Below are positions 1-10,255 of a stretch of 64,000 nt of DNA, in pieces. Source of the stretch: Candidatus Rokuibacteriota bacterium. Its GTDB lineage: Bacteria > Methylomirabilota > Methylomirabilia > Rokubacteriales > CSP1-6. The notes beneath the pieces are model-generated. The model was not told where the DNA came from and did no database searches. It worked only from the letters and a program-made list of their open reading frames with translations. Positions within the stretch are counted from its first letter, which is position 1; each line of letters begins with the position of its first letter. The stretch spans positions 49,383 to 113,382 of the forward strand of contig JACPSW010000059.1 in assembly GCA_016193045.1 (NCBI GenBank). The letters run 5' to 3'. Both the position numbers and the translations under genes were made by a program.

Positions 1-393
1 TGCCCGTACAACGCGTTTTCCTTCGACGACGGCCGCTTCTACACGAAGGACACCCCGGCCCTCCAGGCATACGAGAAGACCCCCACGTTCGAGTACGGCA
101 AGCCTCAGTTGAGGACCAACGGGAAACCCCCGGTCGGGACCGCGCGGAAGTGCCACTTCTGCCTCCAGCGGATCGAGGCGGGGATGCTCCCGGCCTGCAT
201 CACGACCTGCGACGGCGGGGTCAGCTTCTTCGGCGATCTGAGCGACGCCGAGAGCCTGGTCTCCAGGCTCCTCAGGACCCACGGGACGTTCAAGATGCAG
301 GCCGCGCTCAAGACCGAGCCCCGCGTCCATTATCTCGTTGACGACGCCCAAGCGGCCGACAGCCTCAAGGCCTGCCTGGCCTGCCACCGATAG
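1..393 (+). CDS. 4Fe-4S ferredoxin-type iron-sulfur subunit of a molybdopterin oxidoreductase. Only the C-terminal part is in the window; the 5' end lies upstream.
   Basis: Frame 1 is open from base 1 to the TAG at 391-393. It carries Cys-rich motifs (CHFC...C, CITTCDGG) typical of electron-transfer subunits of the TtrB/PsrB/HybA type. It sits immediately upstream of the molybdopterin catalytic subunit. Confidence 0.65.
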   Translation, partial: CPYNAFSFDDGRFYTKDTPALQAYEKTPTFEYGKPQLRTNGKPPVGTARKCHFCLQRIEAGMLPACITTCDGGVSFFGDLSDAESLVSRLLRTHGTFKMQAALKTEPRVHYLVDDAQAADSLKACLACHR

Positions 394-404
394 GGGGAAG
401 ACCG

Positions 405-3400
405 ATGACGACAGAGCACGACATCTCGAACGGCTGCCGGGCCTGGTACCTGGATCGGCGGAACTTCCTCAAGACCGGAGCCTTCCTGGGCGGCTCGGCG
501 CTGCTGGCCGGGCAACTCCAGAGCGCGATGGACCTGATGGGGAGGGCGGAAGCCCAGACCCTCAGCGGCGGCGGCGCATATCCGCTGGCGAAGCCCGAAA
601 ACATCCTCTACTCGGTGTGCCTGCAGTGCAACACAGGGTGCGGGATCAAGGCCAAGGTCCTGAACGGCGTGGTCGTCAAGATCGACGGCAACCCACTCGA
701 CCCCATGAACCTCACCCCTCACCTCCCCTACAAGTCCTCTCCGTTCGACACCGCGACCTACGACGCCATCCTCTGCCCCAAGGGACAGGCCGGGCTCCAG
801 GCCGCTTACGACCCCTACCGGATCGTGAAGGTCTTGAAACGCGCCGGCACGCGCGGGTCGAACGAGTGGACGACGATCCCCTTCGACCAGGCGGTGCGGG
901 AGATTGTCGAGGGCGGCGAGCTCTTCAAGAGCGTGCCCGGGGAGGAAACCCGGAAGGTGGCGGGGCTCAGGGACCTCTGGGCGCTCCGCGACCCCAAGCT
1001 GGCCAAGGCCATGGCCGAGGACGCCAAGGCCGTCCAGGCCAAGAAGATGACCGTGGCGGAGTTCAAGGCCAAGCACGCTGGCCACCTGGACGTCCTGATC
1101 GATCCGGAGCATCCGGATCTGGGAGCCCGGAACAACCAGTTCGTCTTCGCCTGGGGCCGGCTCAAGGCGGGACGCGGGGATTTCATCAACCGGTTCACCA
1201 AGGACGCCTTCGGCTCGGTGAACGCCCACGGCCACACCACCGTCTGCCAGGGGTCGCTCTACTTTTCCGGCAAGGCGATGAGCGAGCAGTACAAGGGGGG
1301 CAAGTGGACGGGCGGGGCCAAGTTCTACTGGCAGGCCGACACGGGCAACTCCGAGTTCATCATCTTCGTGGGGGCCTCGCCCCTCGAGGGCAACTACGGC
1401 CCGCCCCTCAGGATCCCCAAGATCACCGAGGGGCTGACCTCCGGGCGGCTCAGGCTCGCCGTCGTGGACCCGCGCTTCTCCAAGACCGCCGCGAAGGCCT
1501 GGCGCTGGCTCCCCAACAGGCCGGGCACCGAGGGCGCCCTGGCCCTCGCCCTGATCCGCTGGGTCATCGATAACCAGCGCTTCGACGCCCGCTTCCTGGC
1601 CAACGCGAACAAGGCCGCGGCCAAGGCCGACGGAGAGCCCACCTGGACCAACGCCGCCTGGCTCGTCAAGCTGGAAAAGGACGGCGCGCCGGGCGCCTTC
1701 CTCCGCGCCAAGGAGGTCGGGCTCTCGGAGAAGGACCTCTTCGTCGTCCTGAAGGACGGCAAGCCCGTGGCCGTAGACCCCTACGACGAGGCCAACGCGG
1801 TCGAGGGGGACCTCCTCGTCACCGCCGAGGTGTCGGGGATCAAGGTCAAGAGCGGGCTCCAGCTCCTCAAGGAATCGGCCAGCGCCCGCACCATCGAAGA
1901 GTGGGCCGACGTCGCCGGCGTCGGCGCCCGGGACATCGCGGACCTGGCCCAGGAGTTCACCAGCCACGGCAAGAAGGCCGCGGCCGACATCCACCGCGGG
2001 GTCTCCCAGCACACCAATGGCTTCTACAACGTGATCGCCTGGTACGCGCTCAACCTCCTGATCGGCAACTACGACTGGAAGGGCGGGATGATCAAGGCGA
2101 CGACCTACAATCACGCGGGCGCGCGTGAGGGCCAGCCGTTCCCCATCGGCAAGCTCACGCCGGGCAAGGCCGCCCCCTTCGGGCTGAGCCTCATCCGCCA
2201 CGACGCCAAGTACGAGGAGTCCACTCTCTTCACGGGCTACCCGGCCAAGCGGCCCTGGTTCCCGCTCTCCTCCGACCTCTACCAGGAGATCGTCCCGTCG
2301 GCGGGGGACGCCTACCCCTACCCGATCAAGGCCCTCTTCCTCTACATGGGCACGCCAGTGTACTCGCTCCCCGCGGGCCACACGAACATCGAGATCCTCT
2401 CCGACGTGAACAAAGTCCCGCTCTTCGTCGCCTCCGACATCGTGATCGGCGAGACCTCCATGTACGCCGACTACATCTTCCCCGATCTCTCCTACCTCGA
2501 GCGCTGGGAGTTCCACGGCAGCCACCCCTCCGTAGCCCCGAAGATCCAGCCCGTGCGCCAGCCGGTGATCGCCCCCCTTCCCGAGACCGTCCGGGTGTTC
2601 GGCGAGGAGATGCCGATCTCGCTGGAAGCCATGCTGCTGGCGATCGCCGAGCGGCTAGGCCTCGCGGGCTTCGGCAAGGACGGTTTCGGTCCCGGCCGGC
2701 CGTTCACCCGCCCCGATGACTTCTACCTCCGGATGGTGGCCAACGTGGCCGCGGGGGACCGGGCGGGCGACGAGGTGCCCGACGCCAGCGACGAGGAGGT
2801 GAAGCTCTTCCTGGCCTCCCGGCAGCACCTGCCGAAGACCGTCTTCGACTCGGCCCGCTGGGAGCGGATCGTCGGCAACGGCCTGTGGCGCAAGGTGATC
2901 TACGTCCTGAACCGCGGCGGCCGCTTCCAGGACGCCGACAAGGCCTACGACGGCGACAAGGCCGCCAACAAGTACGGCAACCTCATCAACCTCTATCAGG
3001 AGAAAACGGCCAAGACCAAGAACGCGATGACCGGGAAGCCCTTCGCGGGCCTCGCCACCTATTTCCCGGCACCGCTGGACAGCCTGGGACGACCGATCGA
3101 GGATCGCGGGTACGACCTCAGGCTCATCACCTTCCGGGAGATCAGCCACACGAAGTCGCGGACGGCCGCCGACTACTGGCTGCTGCACCTCCTGCCGGAG
3201 AACTCGGTCATCATGAACGAGGTGGACGCCCAGCGGCTCGGGTTCAAGGACGGCCAGACCGTCAAGATCGTCTCGGCCTCGAACCCCGAAGGGGTCTGGG
3301 ACCTGAAGAACGGCCAGAAGCGGCCGATCGCGGGCAAGCTCCGGGTGATCCAGGGGATCCGGCCGGGTGTCGTGGCGTTCTCCCTCGGTCACGGCCACTG

Positions 3401-3587
3401 GGCCTACGGCTCGGCCGATGTCCGCGTGGACGGCAAGGTGGTCAAGGGCGATCCGCGCCGCGGCAAGGGGCTCCACGCCAACGCCGCCCTGCGGGTGGAC
3501 CCGGTTCTCGGCAACACCTGCCTCTCCGACCTGACCGGCGGGAGCGCGGTCTTCTACGACACGCAGGTGAAGGTCGTCAGAGCGTGA
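405..3587 (+). CDS. Molybdopterin (bis-MGD) oxidoreductase catalytic subunit, TAT-exported, of the tetrathionate/polysulfide/thiosulfate-reductase type.
   Basis: 1060 aa. The N-terminus has a twin-arginine signal ([19 protein letters not shown]). A Cys cluster ([11 protein letters not shown]) forms the N-terminal 4Fe-4S motif of the molybdopterin oxidoreductase (MopB) superfamily. The size matches TtrA-like enzymes. A GGGGAAG ribosome-binding site lies upstream of the ATG at 405. Confidence 0.85.
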   Translation: MTTEHDISNGCRAWYLDRRNFLKTGAFLGGSALLAGQLQSAMDLMGRAEAQTLSGGGAYPLAKPENILYSVCLQCNTGCGIKAKVLNGVVVKIDGNPLDPMNLTPHLPYKSSPFDTATYDAILCPKGQAGLQAAYDPYRIVKVLKRAGTRGSNEWTTIPFDQAVREIVEGGELFKSVPGEETRKVAGLRDLWALRDPKLAKAMAEDAKAVQAKKMTVAEFKAKHAGHLDVLIDPEHPDLGARNNQFVFAWGRLKAGRGDFINRFTKDAFGSVNAHGHTTVCQGSLYFSGKAMSEQYKGGKWTGGAKFYWQADTGNSEFIIFVGASPLEGNYGPPLRIPKITEGLTSGRLRLAVVDPRFSKTAAKAWRWLPNRPGTEGALALALIRWVIDNQRFDARFLANANKAAAKADGEPTWTNAAWLVKLEKDGAPGAFLRAKEVGLSEKDLFVVLKDGKPVAVDPYDEANAVEGDLLVTAEVSGIKVKSGLQLLKESASARTIEEWADVAGVGARDIADLAQEFTSHGKKAAADIHRGVSQHTNGFYNVIAWYALNLLIGNYDWKGGMIKATTYNHAGAREGQPFPIGKLTPGKAAPFGLSLIRHDAKYEESTLFTGYPAKRPWFPLSSDLYQEIVPSAGDAYPYPIKALFLYMGTPVYSLPAGHTNIEILSDVNKVPLFVASDIVIGETSMYADYIFPDLSYLERWEFHGSHPSVAPKIQPVRQPVIAPLPETVRVFGEEMPISLEAMLLAIAERLGLAGFGKDGFGPGRPFTRPDDFYLRMVANVAAGDRAGDEVPDASDEEVKLFLASRQHLPKTVFDSARWERIVGNGLWRKVIYVLNRGGRFQDADKAYDGDKAANKYGNLINLYQEKTAKTKNAMTGKPFAGLATYFPAPLDSLGRPIEDRGYDLRLITFREISHTKSRTAADYWLLHLLPENSVIMNEVDAQRLGFKDGQTVKIVSASNPEGVWDLKNGQKRPIAGKLRVIQGIRPGVVAFSLGHGHWAYGSADVRVDGKVVKGDPRRGKGLHANAALRVDPVLGNTCLSDLTGGSAVFYDTQVKVVRA

Positions 3588-3591
3588 CGGG

Positions 3592-4215
3592 ATGACGGCG
3601 GCCGTCGCCCTCGCTCAGGCACCCCTGGTGGAGCGGCCCGTCGCCGAGCTGGTCGAGGAGGCCGTCGCCTTCCACGGGCATCTCTGTCCCGGCCAGGTCC
3701 TGGGCGTCCGCATGGCGGTCACCGGCTGCCGCGAGGTCGGGATCCCCCTGCCCCGGCAGGCCGGCAAGGGACTGGTGGTGTTCGTGGAGATCGACCGCTG
3801 CGCCACCGACGCGATCCAGGCCCTGACCGGGGTGAGCCTCGGCAAGCGGACGCTCAAGCACCTGGACTACGGCAAGATGGCCGCCACGTTCGTCAACGTG
3901 CCCCGCGGGGCGGCCGTCCGCGTCTCGGCGCGCGACGACGCCCGCGTCCGGGCGCTCGCGTACGCTCCCGGCGAGGCGGACGCGCGCAGGGCCCAGATCG
4001 TCGCGTACCGGCTCATGCCCGAGACCGCGCTGCTCAGCATCGAGCCGGTGGTCGTGAACCCCGGCTGGCTCGACCGGCGCCGCGGCCGCGTGTTCTGCGA
4101 GGAGTGCGGCGAAGGAATCAACTATCAGCGCGAGCTCACGGCCGGCGGGCGGATCCTCTGCCGGCCGTGCGGCGGCCAGGGATACTACTCGGCCCACCCG
4201 TCCGACCGTCGCTGA
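3592..4215 (+). CDS. FmdE-family protein (formylmethanofuran dehydrogenase subunit E-like) with a C-terminal zinc ribbon.
   Basis: Carries the FHGHLCPG motif characteristic of the FmdE domain. A C-terminal CxxC...CxxC motif is present (CEECGEG...CRPCGG). It starts 5 nt after the oxidoreductase stop. Confidence 0.8.
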   Translation: MTAAVALAQAPLVERPVAELVEEAVAFHGHLCPGQVLGVRMAVTGCREVGIPLPRQAGKGLVVFVEIDRCATDAIQALTGVSLGKRTLKHLDYGKMAATFVNVPRGAAVRVSARDDARVRALAYAPGEADARRAQIVAYRLMPETALLSIEPVVVNPGWLDRRRGRVFCEECGEGINYQRELTAGGRILCRPCGGQGYYSAHPSDRR

Positions 4216-4248
4216 CCCGCCCCTCCGAAAAGTCCTCGGCCCCCGGCC

Positions 4249-4617
4249 CTACCGCCGCGTGATCACGACGATCCGGCCGCGATCGCTCAGGAAGACGGTC
4301 AGGAGCCAGCTCACCACACTGACGATCAGCGCCCCGAGGACGGCCGTCCAGAACCCGTGGACCTCGAACCCCTTCACCAGGAGCGAGGTCAGCCAGAGGG
4401 TGAGGCCGTTCAAGACGAAGAGGAAGAGCCCGAGCGTCACCAGCGTCAGGGGAAAGGTCAGGACGACCAGGACCGGGCGGACCACGGCGTTGACGAGCCC
4501 CAGCACGAGCCCGGCCCCGAGCGCGGTGAGGACACCCCGGATCTCGATCCCGGGGACGATGGCCGCGGCGAGAAAAATGGCCAGGGCGTTGGCGAGGACC
4601 CGCAGCAGGAAGCCCAA
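4249..4617 (-). CDS. DUF360 / phage holin 4_2-family small membrane protein (YvlD-like).
   Basis: The C-terminal ~120 aa of the ORF listed at 4249..5049 is a hydrophobic four-helix protein (LGFLLRVLANALAIFLAAAIVPGIEIRG...). The upstream part of that ORF is low-complexity shadow of the converging + frame. A TTG start at 4617 is likely. It lies 15 nt downstream of the DtxR-family gene on the same strand. Confidence 0.55.
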   Translation of the reverse strand: MGFLLRVLANALAIFLAAAIVPGIEIRGVLTALGAGLVLGLVNAVVRPVLVVLTFPLTLVTLGLFLFVLNGLTLWLTSLLVKGFEVHGFWTAVLGALIVSVVSWLLTVFLSDRGRIVVITRR

Positions 4618-4631
4618 GGGCGGCCCGAGCT

Positions 4632-5327
4632 CTACTTCGGCTGGTAGACCCAGATCTTCCCGGCAGCCGCCAGCCCCAGCACGATCGTCTTGCCGTCGCT
4701 CGCCGTCGTGATCGTCCCGGCCCACGGCGCGACGTCCTGGATCTTGAGCCGCATCCCCGGCCTCACCCCGTTCTGCCACAGGTGCTCGAGGAGCTTCCGG
4801 TCCGCCTCCGCCTCCTCGGTGATGCGCTCGACCACGACCGTCGTGCCTTCCTTGGCCTGGTCGAGCGGGAAGGGATGGGATTGCGACGGGCTCGCCATGC
4901 CCGGGATCGGGTTGCCGTGGGGACAGGTGGTCGGCATCCCGAGGATGGCCGCCAGGCGGTCCTCGACCTTGGGGGAGAGGGCGTGCTCGAGCCGGTGGGC
5001 CTCTTCGTGCGCCTCGGTCCAGTCGAGCCCGAGGATGTCCGTCAGCCACCGCTCGAGGAGCCGGTGGCGCCGGGCCATGACCTCGGCCATGGCCCTGCCT
5101 TTCTTGGTAAGCGTGATCTCCTTGCCCGCGGCCAGCCGGATGTAGCCCGCGCGGGCCATGCGGTGGAGGGCCTCGGTCACCGCGGGGGGGGAGACCTTCA
5201 TGTGCTTGGCGAGCCGCGCTCCGATCACCGGCCGGCCGCTCCCGGCGAGGTCGTAGATCGCCGCCAGATAGTCCTGGACTGAGGCGGTCGTCTCCGCGGA
5301 GGGGGCTTTCCGCGCCTCGTGCGCCAT
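4632..5327 (-). CDS. DtxR/IdeR/MntR-family metal-dependent transcriptional regulator with a C-terminal FeoA/SH3-like domain.
   Basis: Contains the VQDYLAAIYDL...GARLAKHMKVSPPAVTEALHRMARAGYI helix-turn-helix, followed by metal-binding and dimerisation regions and a C-terminal SH3-like domain. The start was chosen at the MAHEARK methionine (5327), which is consistent with the ORF frame. It is divergent from the Fe(III) ABC transporter. Confidence 0.85.
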   Translation of the reverse strand: MAHEARKAPSAETTASVQDYLAAIYDLAGSGRPVIGARLAKHMKVSPPAVTEALHRMARAGYIRLAAGKEITLTKKGRAMAEVMARRHRLLERWLTDILGLDWTEAHEEAHRLEHALSPKVEDRLAAILGMPTTCPHGNPIPGMASPSQSHPFPLDQAKEGTTVVVERITEEAEADRKLLEHLWQNGVRPGMRLKIQDVAPWAGTITTASDGKTIVLGLAAAGKIWVYQPK

Positions 5328-5381
5328 CGGTGCCCCATTATGAGGCCTCCCTCGGTCCGGCGCAAACAGGGCAGGCAAAAA

Positions 5382-5422
5382 TTAGGTTGACAGGATGTTT
5401 TGTATTAGGTATGGTTAATGCC
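5382..5422 (+). promoter_or_regulatory. Candidate DtxR-family operator (two TTAGGT half-sites) overlapping a sigma70-like promoter (TTGACA-17 nt-TATGGT) for the ABC transporter operon.
   Basis: The sequence ttaggTTGACAggatgttttgtattaggTATGGTtaatgcc lies 16-56 nt upstream of the ATG at 5438. TTAGGT matches the conserved half-site of IdeR/DtxR boxes. The -35 and -10 elements are spaced 17 nt apart. Confidence 0.35.
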
Positions 5423-5437
5423 ACCAGGAGGCTGGAA

Positions 5438-6457
5438 ATGAAACGCGCCGCGATTCTGCTGCTCGGCCTGGGGCTGGGACTGAGCGCCGCCCTTCCCGCC
5501 CGGGCCTCCGCGTCCGAGGTGGTCGTGTACTCGGCCCGCAAGGAAGATCTGCTCCGCCCCGTCCTGGATGCCTTCCAGAAGGACACGGGGATCAAGGTCA
5601 CGCTGCTGACCGGCAAGGCCGGAGACTTGGCCCGGCGGATCGAAGTCGAGAAGAGTGACCCCAGGGGCGACGTGTTCCTGGGCACCACCGCCGGCATCGC
5701 GGAGCTCCTCCGGCGAAAGGGGCTCCTGTCCCCGTACTTTTCCCCGGCCGCCCAGGAAGTGCCCGAGGAGTTCAAAGCCCCTGATGGAAGCTGGGTCGGC
5801 GTCACGGGCCGGGTGCGGGTCCTGATCTACAACAAGAACCGCGTGTCCGACGCCGAGCTCCCACGCTCGTTCTTCGACTTGACCGACCCGAAGTGGAAGG
5901 GGAAGGTGGCGGTGGCCTCCATGGGTGAGCGCACGACCGTGAGCTGGCTGGCTGCCTCGATGGCGCTGAGGGGCGAGGAGGCCACCCGTCAATACGTCAG
6001 GGGCCTCCGGGACAACGGCCTCAAGGTCCTCAACAACAACACCGAGGTGCGCAAGGCCGTGGCGCGGGGGGAGTACGCCATCGGCATCACGAACCACTAC
6101 TACTACCTGCTCCAGCTCCACGACGACCCCGCAAGCCCCGTGGGGATTCTCTACCCAGACCAGGGAGCCGACGGGATCGGCGCGCCGATGTTCTCCATCA
6201 CGGCCTCGATCCTCAACGGGGCAAAGCATCCGGAGGCGGCTCGCGCCCTGATCGACTACCTGCTCGGCCCAAGAGGGAACCGCCTCCTGGTGCAGGGAGA
6301 GTTCGAAATCCCCCTCATCCCGGGGATCCCCGTGCCGGGGGAGGACAAGGGCGTCAAGGGCCTCGGGCAGTTCAAGAAGGCGCGGGTGACCCAGGTCCAG
6401 CTTGCGGACCTGGAGACGAGGGTCGAGAAGCTCTTCGGGCCCTTCCTCATCCCGTAG
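5438..6457 (+). CDS. ABC transporter substrate-binding protein, Fe(III)/FbpA-type (extracellular solute-binding family 1).
   Basis: Signal peptide MKRAAILLLGLGLGLSAALPARASA. It resembles AfuA/FbpA-like iron-binding proteins. An AGGAGG ribosome-binding site lies 7 nt upstream of the ATG at 5438. Confidence 0.8.
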   Translation: MKRAAILLLGLGLGLSAALPARASASEVVVYSARKEDLLRPVLDAFQKDTGIKVTLLTGKAGDLARRIEVEKSDPRGDVFLGTTAGIAELLRRKGLLSPYFSPAAQEVPEEFKAPDGSWVGVTGRVRVLIYNKNRVSDAELPRSFFDLTDPKWKGKVAVASMGERTTVSWLAASMALRGEEATRQYVRGLRDNGLKVLNNNTEVRKAVARGEYAIGITNHYYYLLQLHDDPASPVGILYPDQGADGIGAPMFSITASILNGAKHPEAARALIDYLLGPRGNRLLVQGEFEIPLIPGIPVPGEDKGVKGLGQFKKARVTQVQLADLETRVEKLFGPFLIP

Positions 6458-6469
6458 GGCCGTGCCGGA

Positions 6470-8050
6470 GTGACGGTCCGCCGCCGCTGGTCCCCGACCG
6501 GGCTCGCTCTCGCCGTCCCGACAGCTCTCTTCGTCCTCGGTCCCCTCGGTTTTCTCGTCTGGATGGGCCTGGCCCAGGAGCGAGCCGACTTCCTCGAGCG
6601 GGCGCAGGACCTGGATCTGCCGATGGTGGTGGGGCAGGTCGCCCTCCTGGCCACGCTGACGACGGTGTGGGCGGGCGCGCTGGGGGTGCCCCTCGCATGG
6701 CTTACGGTGCGCACCGACCTTCCCGCCCGGCGGCTCCTTCACTGGCTGGCTCCGCTGCCGCTGGCCATTCCGCCGTACATCGGCGCCCTGGTCTACCAGA
6801 TCCTGCTGGCCCCGGGAGGAGTGCTTCCGAATTTCCTCGGCGTGACCAGCCTCCCGCTGAATCTCTACGGCGTCGGCGGCGCCGCGTGGATCCTGGGTCT
6901 CTTCACCTACCCGTACCTGTACCTGCTCGTGAGCGGCGCGCTGGAGCGGACGAACCCCGCACTCGAGGAAGCCGCCCGCGGGGCGGGGCTGTCGCCGCGG
7001 CGCGTGCTCACCCGCGTCACCCTCCCGTTGCTCCGCCCGTCCCTGCTGGCCGGCGGGCTCGTCGTCTTCCTCTACAGCTGGGCCGACTTCGGCGTCGTCT
7101 CCCTGCTCCGCGTGCGAACGCTCACCACGATCATCTACGACTACATCCAGGGCACGGCGGACTGGGCGCTCCCCTCCGCTCTCTCGATCCTGCTGACGGC
7201 CATCACGATCCTCGTCCTGCTCCTCCAGCTGCGGGTCCTGGGACGGGCCGGCTACACGCAGATCGTGGGTGCGGTAAAGCCCGCGCCGCTCGTTTCCCTC
7301 GGGGCGTGGCGCTGGCCGGCGTTCGCGTACGTCGGGGGGATGGTCACGCTGACGCTCCTGCTCCCGCTGGGCGTCCTGGGCTATCAGGCGTCCCGGCTGT
7401 CCGCCTCCGACATGGGCGCCTTTGCCCTGACGCAGTGGCCCTATCTCGTGAACAGCCTCTGGACGGCGGTCGCGGGGGCGAGCCTCGCCCTCCTGATCGC
7501 CCTCGGCGTCGCCCGGTCCGAGGGACGCGGCCGGGCGTGGCGCGTGTCCGGGCTCCTGCAGGTCGGCTACGCCATCCCCGGGACGGTGCTCGGGCTCGGC
7601 CTGGCGGGGTTCCTTCACGCGACGCTCCCCTGGATCTATGCGACCCCGTTGGCGCTGATCGTCGCCTATGTCGTCCTCTACATCACGCCGGCCTTCCAGG
7701 CCGTCAAGGCGGCGCTCGCCCAGCTGCACCCGTCGATCGAGGAGGCTGCCCGGAGCCTCGGCCGAGGGCCGCTCGCCGCCTTCCACGCGGTGACCCTGCC
7801 CCTCATCAAGCCGGGCCTCGTTGCCGGCTGGCTCCTGGTGTTCGTCCTCTCCATGCGCGAGCTGGCGGCCACGCTGATCGTGCGCCCGCCGGGCTTCGAT
7901 ACCCTGCCCGTGCGGATCTGGACTCACGCCATGGACGTGGGGCCGGAGCCGCGGGCGGCGGCGCTGGCCCTGGCCCTCGTCCTCACCATCGCGCTCCCCT
8001 GGTTCGCGCTGCTCTCCCGCCGGCTCAGGGGAATCTCCCCGAGCATGTGA
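6470..8050 (+). CDS. ABC transporter permease, FbpB-type (duplicated transmembrane domain).
   Basis: 526 aa. Two tandem six-helix permease domains with EAA-like loops. It follows the binding-protein gene in the operon. Confidence 0.85.
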   Translation: MTVRRRWSPTGLALAVPTALFVLGPLGFLVWMGLAQERADFLERAQDLDLPMVVGQVALLATLTTVWAGALGVPLAWLTVRTDLPARRLLHWLAPLPLAIPPYIGALVYQILLAPGGVLPNFLGVTSLPLNLYGVGGAAWILGLFTYPYLYLLVSGALERTNPALEEAARGAGLSPRRVLTRVTLPLLRPSLLAGGLVVFLYSWADFGVVSLLRVRTLTTIIYDYIQGTADWALPSALSILLTAITILVLLLQLRVLGRAGYTQIVGAVKPAPLVSLGAWRWPAFAYVGGMVTLTLLLPLGVLGYQASRLSASDMGAFALTQWPYLVNSLWTAVAGASLALLIALGVARSEGRGRAWRVSGLLQVGYAIPGTVLGLGLAGFLHATLPWIYATPLALIVAYVVLYITPAFQAVKAALAQLHPSIEEAARSLGRGPLAAFHAVTLPLIKPGLVAGWLLVFVLSMRELAATLIVRPPGFDTLPVRIWTHAMDVGPEPRAAALALALVLTIALPWFALLSRRLRGISPSM

Positions 8051-8054
8051 CGCT

Positions 8055-9092
8055 GTGGAGCTGCTGACCCTCGACCGCGTCACCAAGCGCTACGACCCGG
8101 ACCAGCCGCCGGCCGTGGACGCCCTCACGCTGACGGTCGAGCAGGGGGAGATCCTCGCCCTGCTGGGGCCCTCGGGGTGCGGCAAGACCACCACCCTTCG
8201 TCTGATCGCGGGGTTCGAGGTGCCGGACTCGGGGCGTGTGGTGATCCGCGGAGCGACCATGGCGGGACCGGAGGGCTGGATCCCTCCCGAGGCGCGCGGA
8301 GTCGGGATCATCTTCCAGGATTACGCGCTGTTCCCTCACCTGACCGTCGCCGAGAATGTCGGCTTCGGCCTGCACCACTTCGGCCGGAGCGCCCGGCAGG
8401 AGCGCACCCGGCAGATCCTGGCGCTGGTGGGGCTCGAGAGCTTCGCCCTCCGCTACCCTCACGAACTGTCCGGCGGCCAGCAGCAGCGCGTCGCCCTCGC
8501 CCGGGCCCTGGCCCCCGCCCCGGCCCTCATTCTGCTCGATGAACCCTTCTCGAACCTCGACGCCGACCTCCGCGCCCAGATGCGCGAAGAGGTGGAGCGG
8601 ATCCTGCGCAACACGGGGACGACCGGCATCTTCGTGACTCACGACCAGGAAGAGGCCTTCACCCTCGCGGATCGGGTCGGCGTGTTGAACGAGGGCCGGC
8701 TGGAGCAACTGGACGCGCCCGAAACGATCTACCACCACCCCGCCACGCTGTTCGTCGCCGAGTTCGTGGGGGCCGCCGATTTCCTCCCCGGCCTGGTGAC
8801 CCCCTACGGGATCGTGACGGAGCTCGGTGTCTTCGCCAACACCGAGGCGTGGAAGATCGGCGAAAAGGTGAAAGTCATGCTCCGCCCCGACGACGTCACC
8901 TTCGTCCCCAGCTCCGTTGGAGACGGCATGATCATCCGCCGCGACTTCCGCGGCCCGGAGACCCTCTACTGCATCCGGCTCCCCTCGGGCCAGCGGGTGC
9001 ATTCCTCCCAGGCATCGTCCTCCCTGTACCCCAACGGGACCCGAGTCCGCGCCGAGGCCCACCTCATCCACGTGGTCACCTTTCCAGTGTAG
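8055..9092 (+). CDS. ABC transporter ATP-binding protein, FbpC-type with a TOBE-like C-terminus.
   Basis: Walker A (GPSGCGKTT), ABC signature ([15 protein letters not shown]), Walker B ([11 protein letters not shown]) and H-loop are all present. A C-terminal regulatory domain follows. Confidence 0.9.
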   Translation: MELLTLDRVTKRYDPDQPPAVDALTLTVEQGEILALLGPSGCGKTTTLRLIAGFEVPDSGRVVIRGATMAGPEGWIPPEARGVGIIFQDYALFPHLTVAENVGFGLHHFGRSARQERTRQILALVGLESFALRYPHELSGGQQQRVALARALAPAPALILLDEPFSNLDADLRAQMREEVERILRNTGTTGIFVTHDQEEAFTLADRVGVLNEGRLEQLDAPETIYHHPATLFVAEFVGAADFLPGLVTPYGIVTELGVFANTEAWKIGEKVKVMLRPDDVTFVPSSVGDGMIIRRDFRGPETLYCIRLPSGQRVHSSQASSSLYPNGTRVRAEAHLIHVVTFPV

Positions 9093-9148
9093 GCCGGGGC
9101 CTGCTGATTCGCTCCCCAGGGGTAGATGCGGTAGCATGAAGTGTACCC

Positions 9149-10255
9149 ATGCGAGGCTTTGAGACCACGCCCCCGGATCTGCGGGCCCTCCTGCCGCAGC
9201 GCATCAGCCAGCTGGGCCTCAAGCTCGAAGGCTCGCCGGTGGAGCGCTTCGTCAAGAAGCTCTACCGGGAGGTCGAGCGGAAGGGCCTGAAGCACTTCCG
9301 CCCTCCCTGCTACCTCACCGACGAGTGGGGATGCCCCTCGGGAGAGCCGATCATCGGCATTCCCTTCTACCTCGCCGACGCCAAGCTGGCCCGCCTGGAG
9401 GACGAGATCGACGACGTCGAAGACGAGCGCGAGATCCGCATGTACCTCCGCCACGAGGCCGGACACGCTTTCAACTACGCCTTCAAGCTCTACGAGACCG
9501 CGGAGTGGCGCGAGCTCTTCGGGCCGTTCAACCGGCCGTATCGCGAGCGGTACCGCCCCGTTCCTTTCGACCGGAACTTCGTGCGCCACATCGAGGGCTG
9601 GTACGCCCAGAAGCATCCCGACGAGGACTTCGCCGAGACCTTCGCCGTCTGGCTGACCCCCCGCTCGCGCTGGCGCGCGCGGTACCGCGGCTGGCCGGCC
9701 ATGCGGAAGCTCCGCTACGTGGACCGCGCGGCGCACGCCCTGCGCGACTCCGAGCCGCCGGTCCGCCTGGCCTCCACCGACATCACGGTGGAAGAGATGA
9801 ACATGACCGTGGAGGAGTTCTTCCGCGCCAACCAGGGGGAGATCGCGCCGGTGGAGGTCGCGCTCGAGAACGACCTGCCGGACTTCTTCGTCCGCAAGGG
9901 GCGCCGCACCCGGGGGATCCGGCCAGCCTGGGAGATGGTCCACGAGCACCGCATCCCCCTGATCAACAAGATCGAGTACTGGACGGGGGTGCACCGCGGC
10001 GTCGTGCGGGCGCTGGTGGACAGCATCGCCGACGCCGCGGAGCGGCTCCAGCTCTACGTCGAGACCAAGACCGAGCGCGCCGCGCTCGTCGAGCTCACGA
10101 CTTACGCGACGACCCTCAGCATGAACTATCTGACCCGGGGGAGCTTCGTCCCGAGAGTCCGTCAGCGCATTCCGGAGGCGGCGAAACGGGCCGCCGCCCG
10201 AACGCCCAAGGAGACCGATGGCCAGACTCAGGATCGCGATCGCCCACAGCCCTGA
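9149..10255 (+). CDS. Putative zinc metallopeptidase of unknown specificity, carrying an HExxH motif.
   Basis: 368 aa. A HEAGHAFNY zincin motif is present, with a downstream EDFAETFA segment that is a possible third ligand region. It resembles the peptidase families that co-occur with ATP-grasp ligases. It overlaps the following ATP-grasp gene by 38 nt. Confidence 0.55.
   Translation: MRGFETTPPDLRALLPQRISQLGLKLEGSPVERFVKKLYREVERKGLKHFRPPCYLTDEWGCPSGEPIIGIPFYLADAKLARLEDEIDDVEDEREIRMYLRHEAGHAFNYAFKLYETAEWRELFGPFNRPYRERYRPVPFDRNFVRHIEGWYAQKHPDEDFAETFAVWLTPRSRWRARYRGWPAMRKLRYVDRAAHALRDSEPPVRLASTDITVEEMNMTVEEFFRANQGEIAPVEVALENDLPDFFVRKGRRTRGIRPAWEMVHEHRIPLINKIEYWTGVHRGVVRALVDSIADAAERLQLYVETKTERAALVELTTYATTLSMNYLTRGSFVPRVRQRIPEAAKRAAARTPKETDGQTQDRDRPQP

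Noticed and set aside
330-2525. A 731-aa minus-strand ORF antisense to the molybdopterin oxidoreductase. Similar long antisense ORFs occur elsewhere (5405..8086 -, 8966..10453 -, 15910..17724 +, 24584..25708 +, 47906..49363 +, 57676..60120 +).
   Set aside because: Their translations are low-complexity Arg/Gly/Pro/Asp-rich strings with no motifs. They lie exactly opposite confidently identified genes, and stop codons are rare in the antisense frames at this GC content. They are shadow ORFs.
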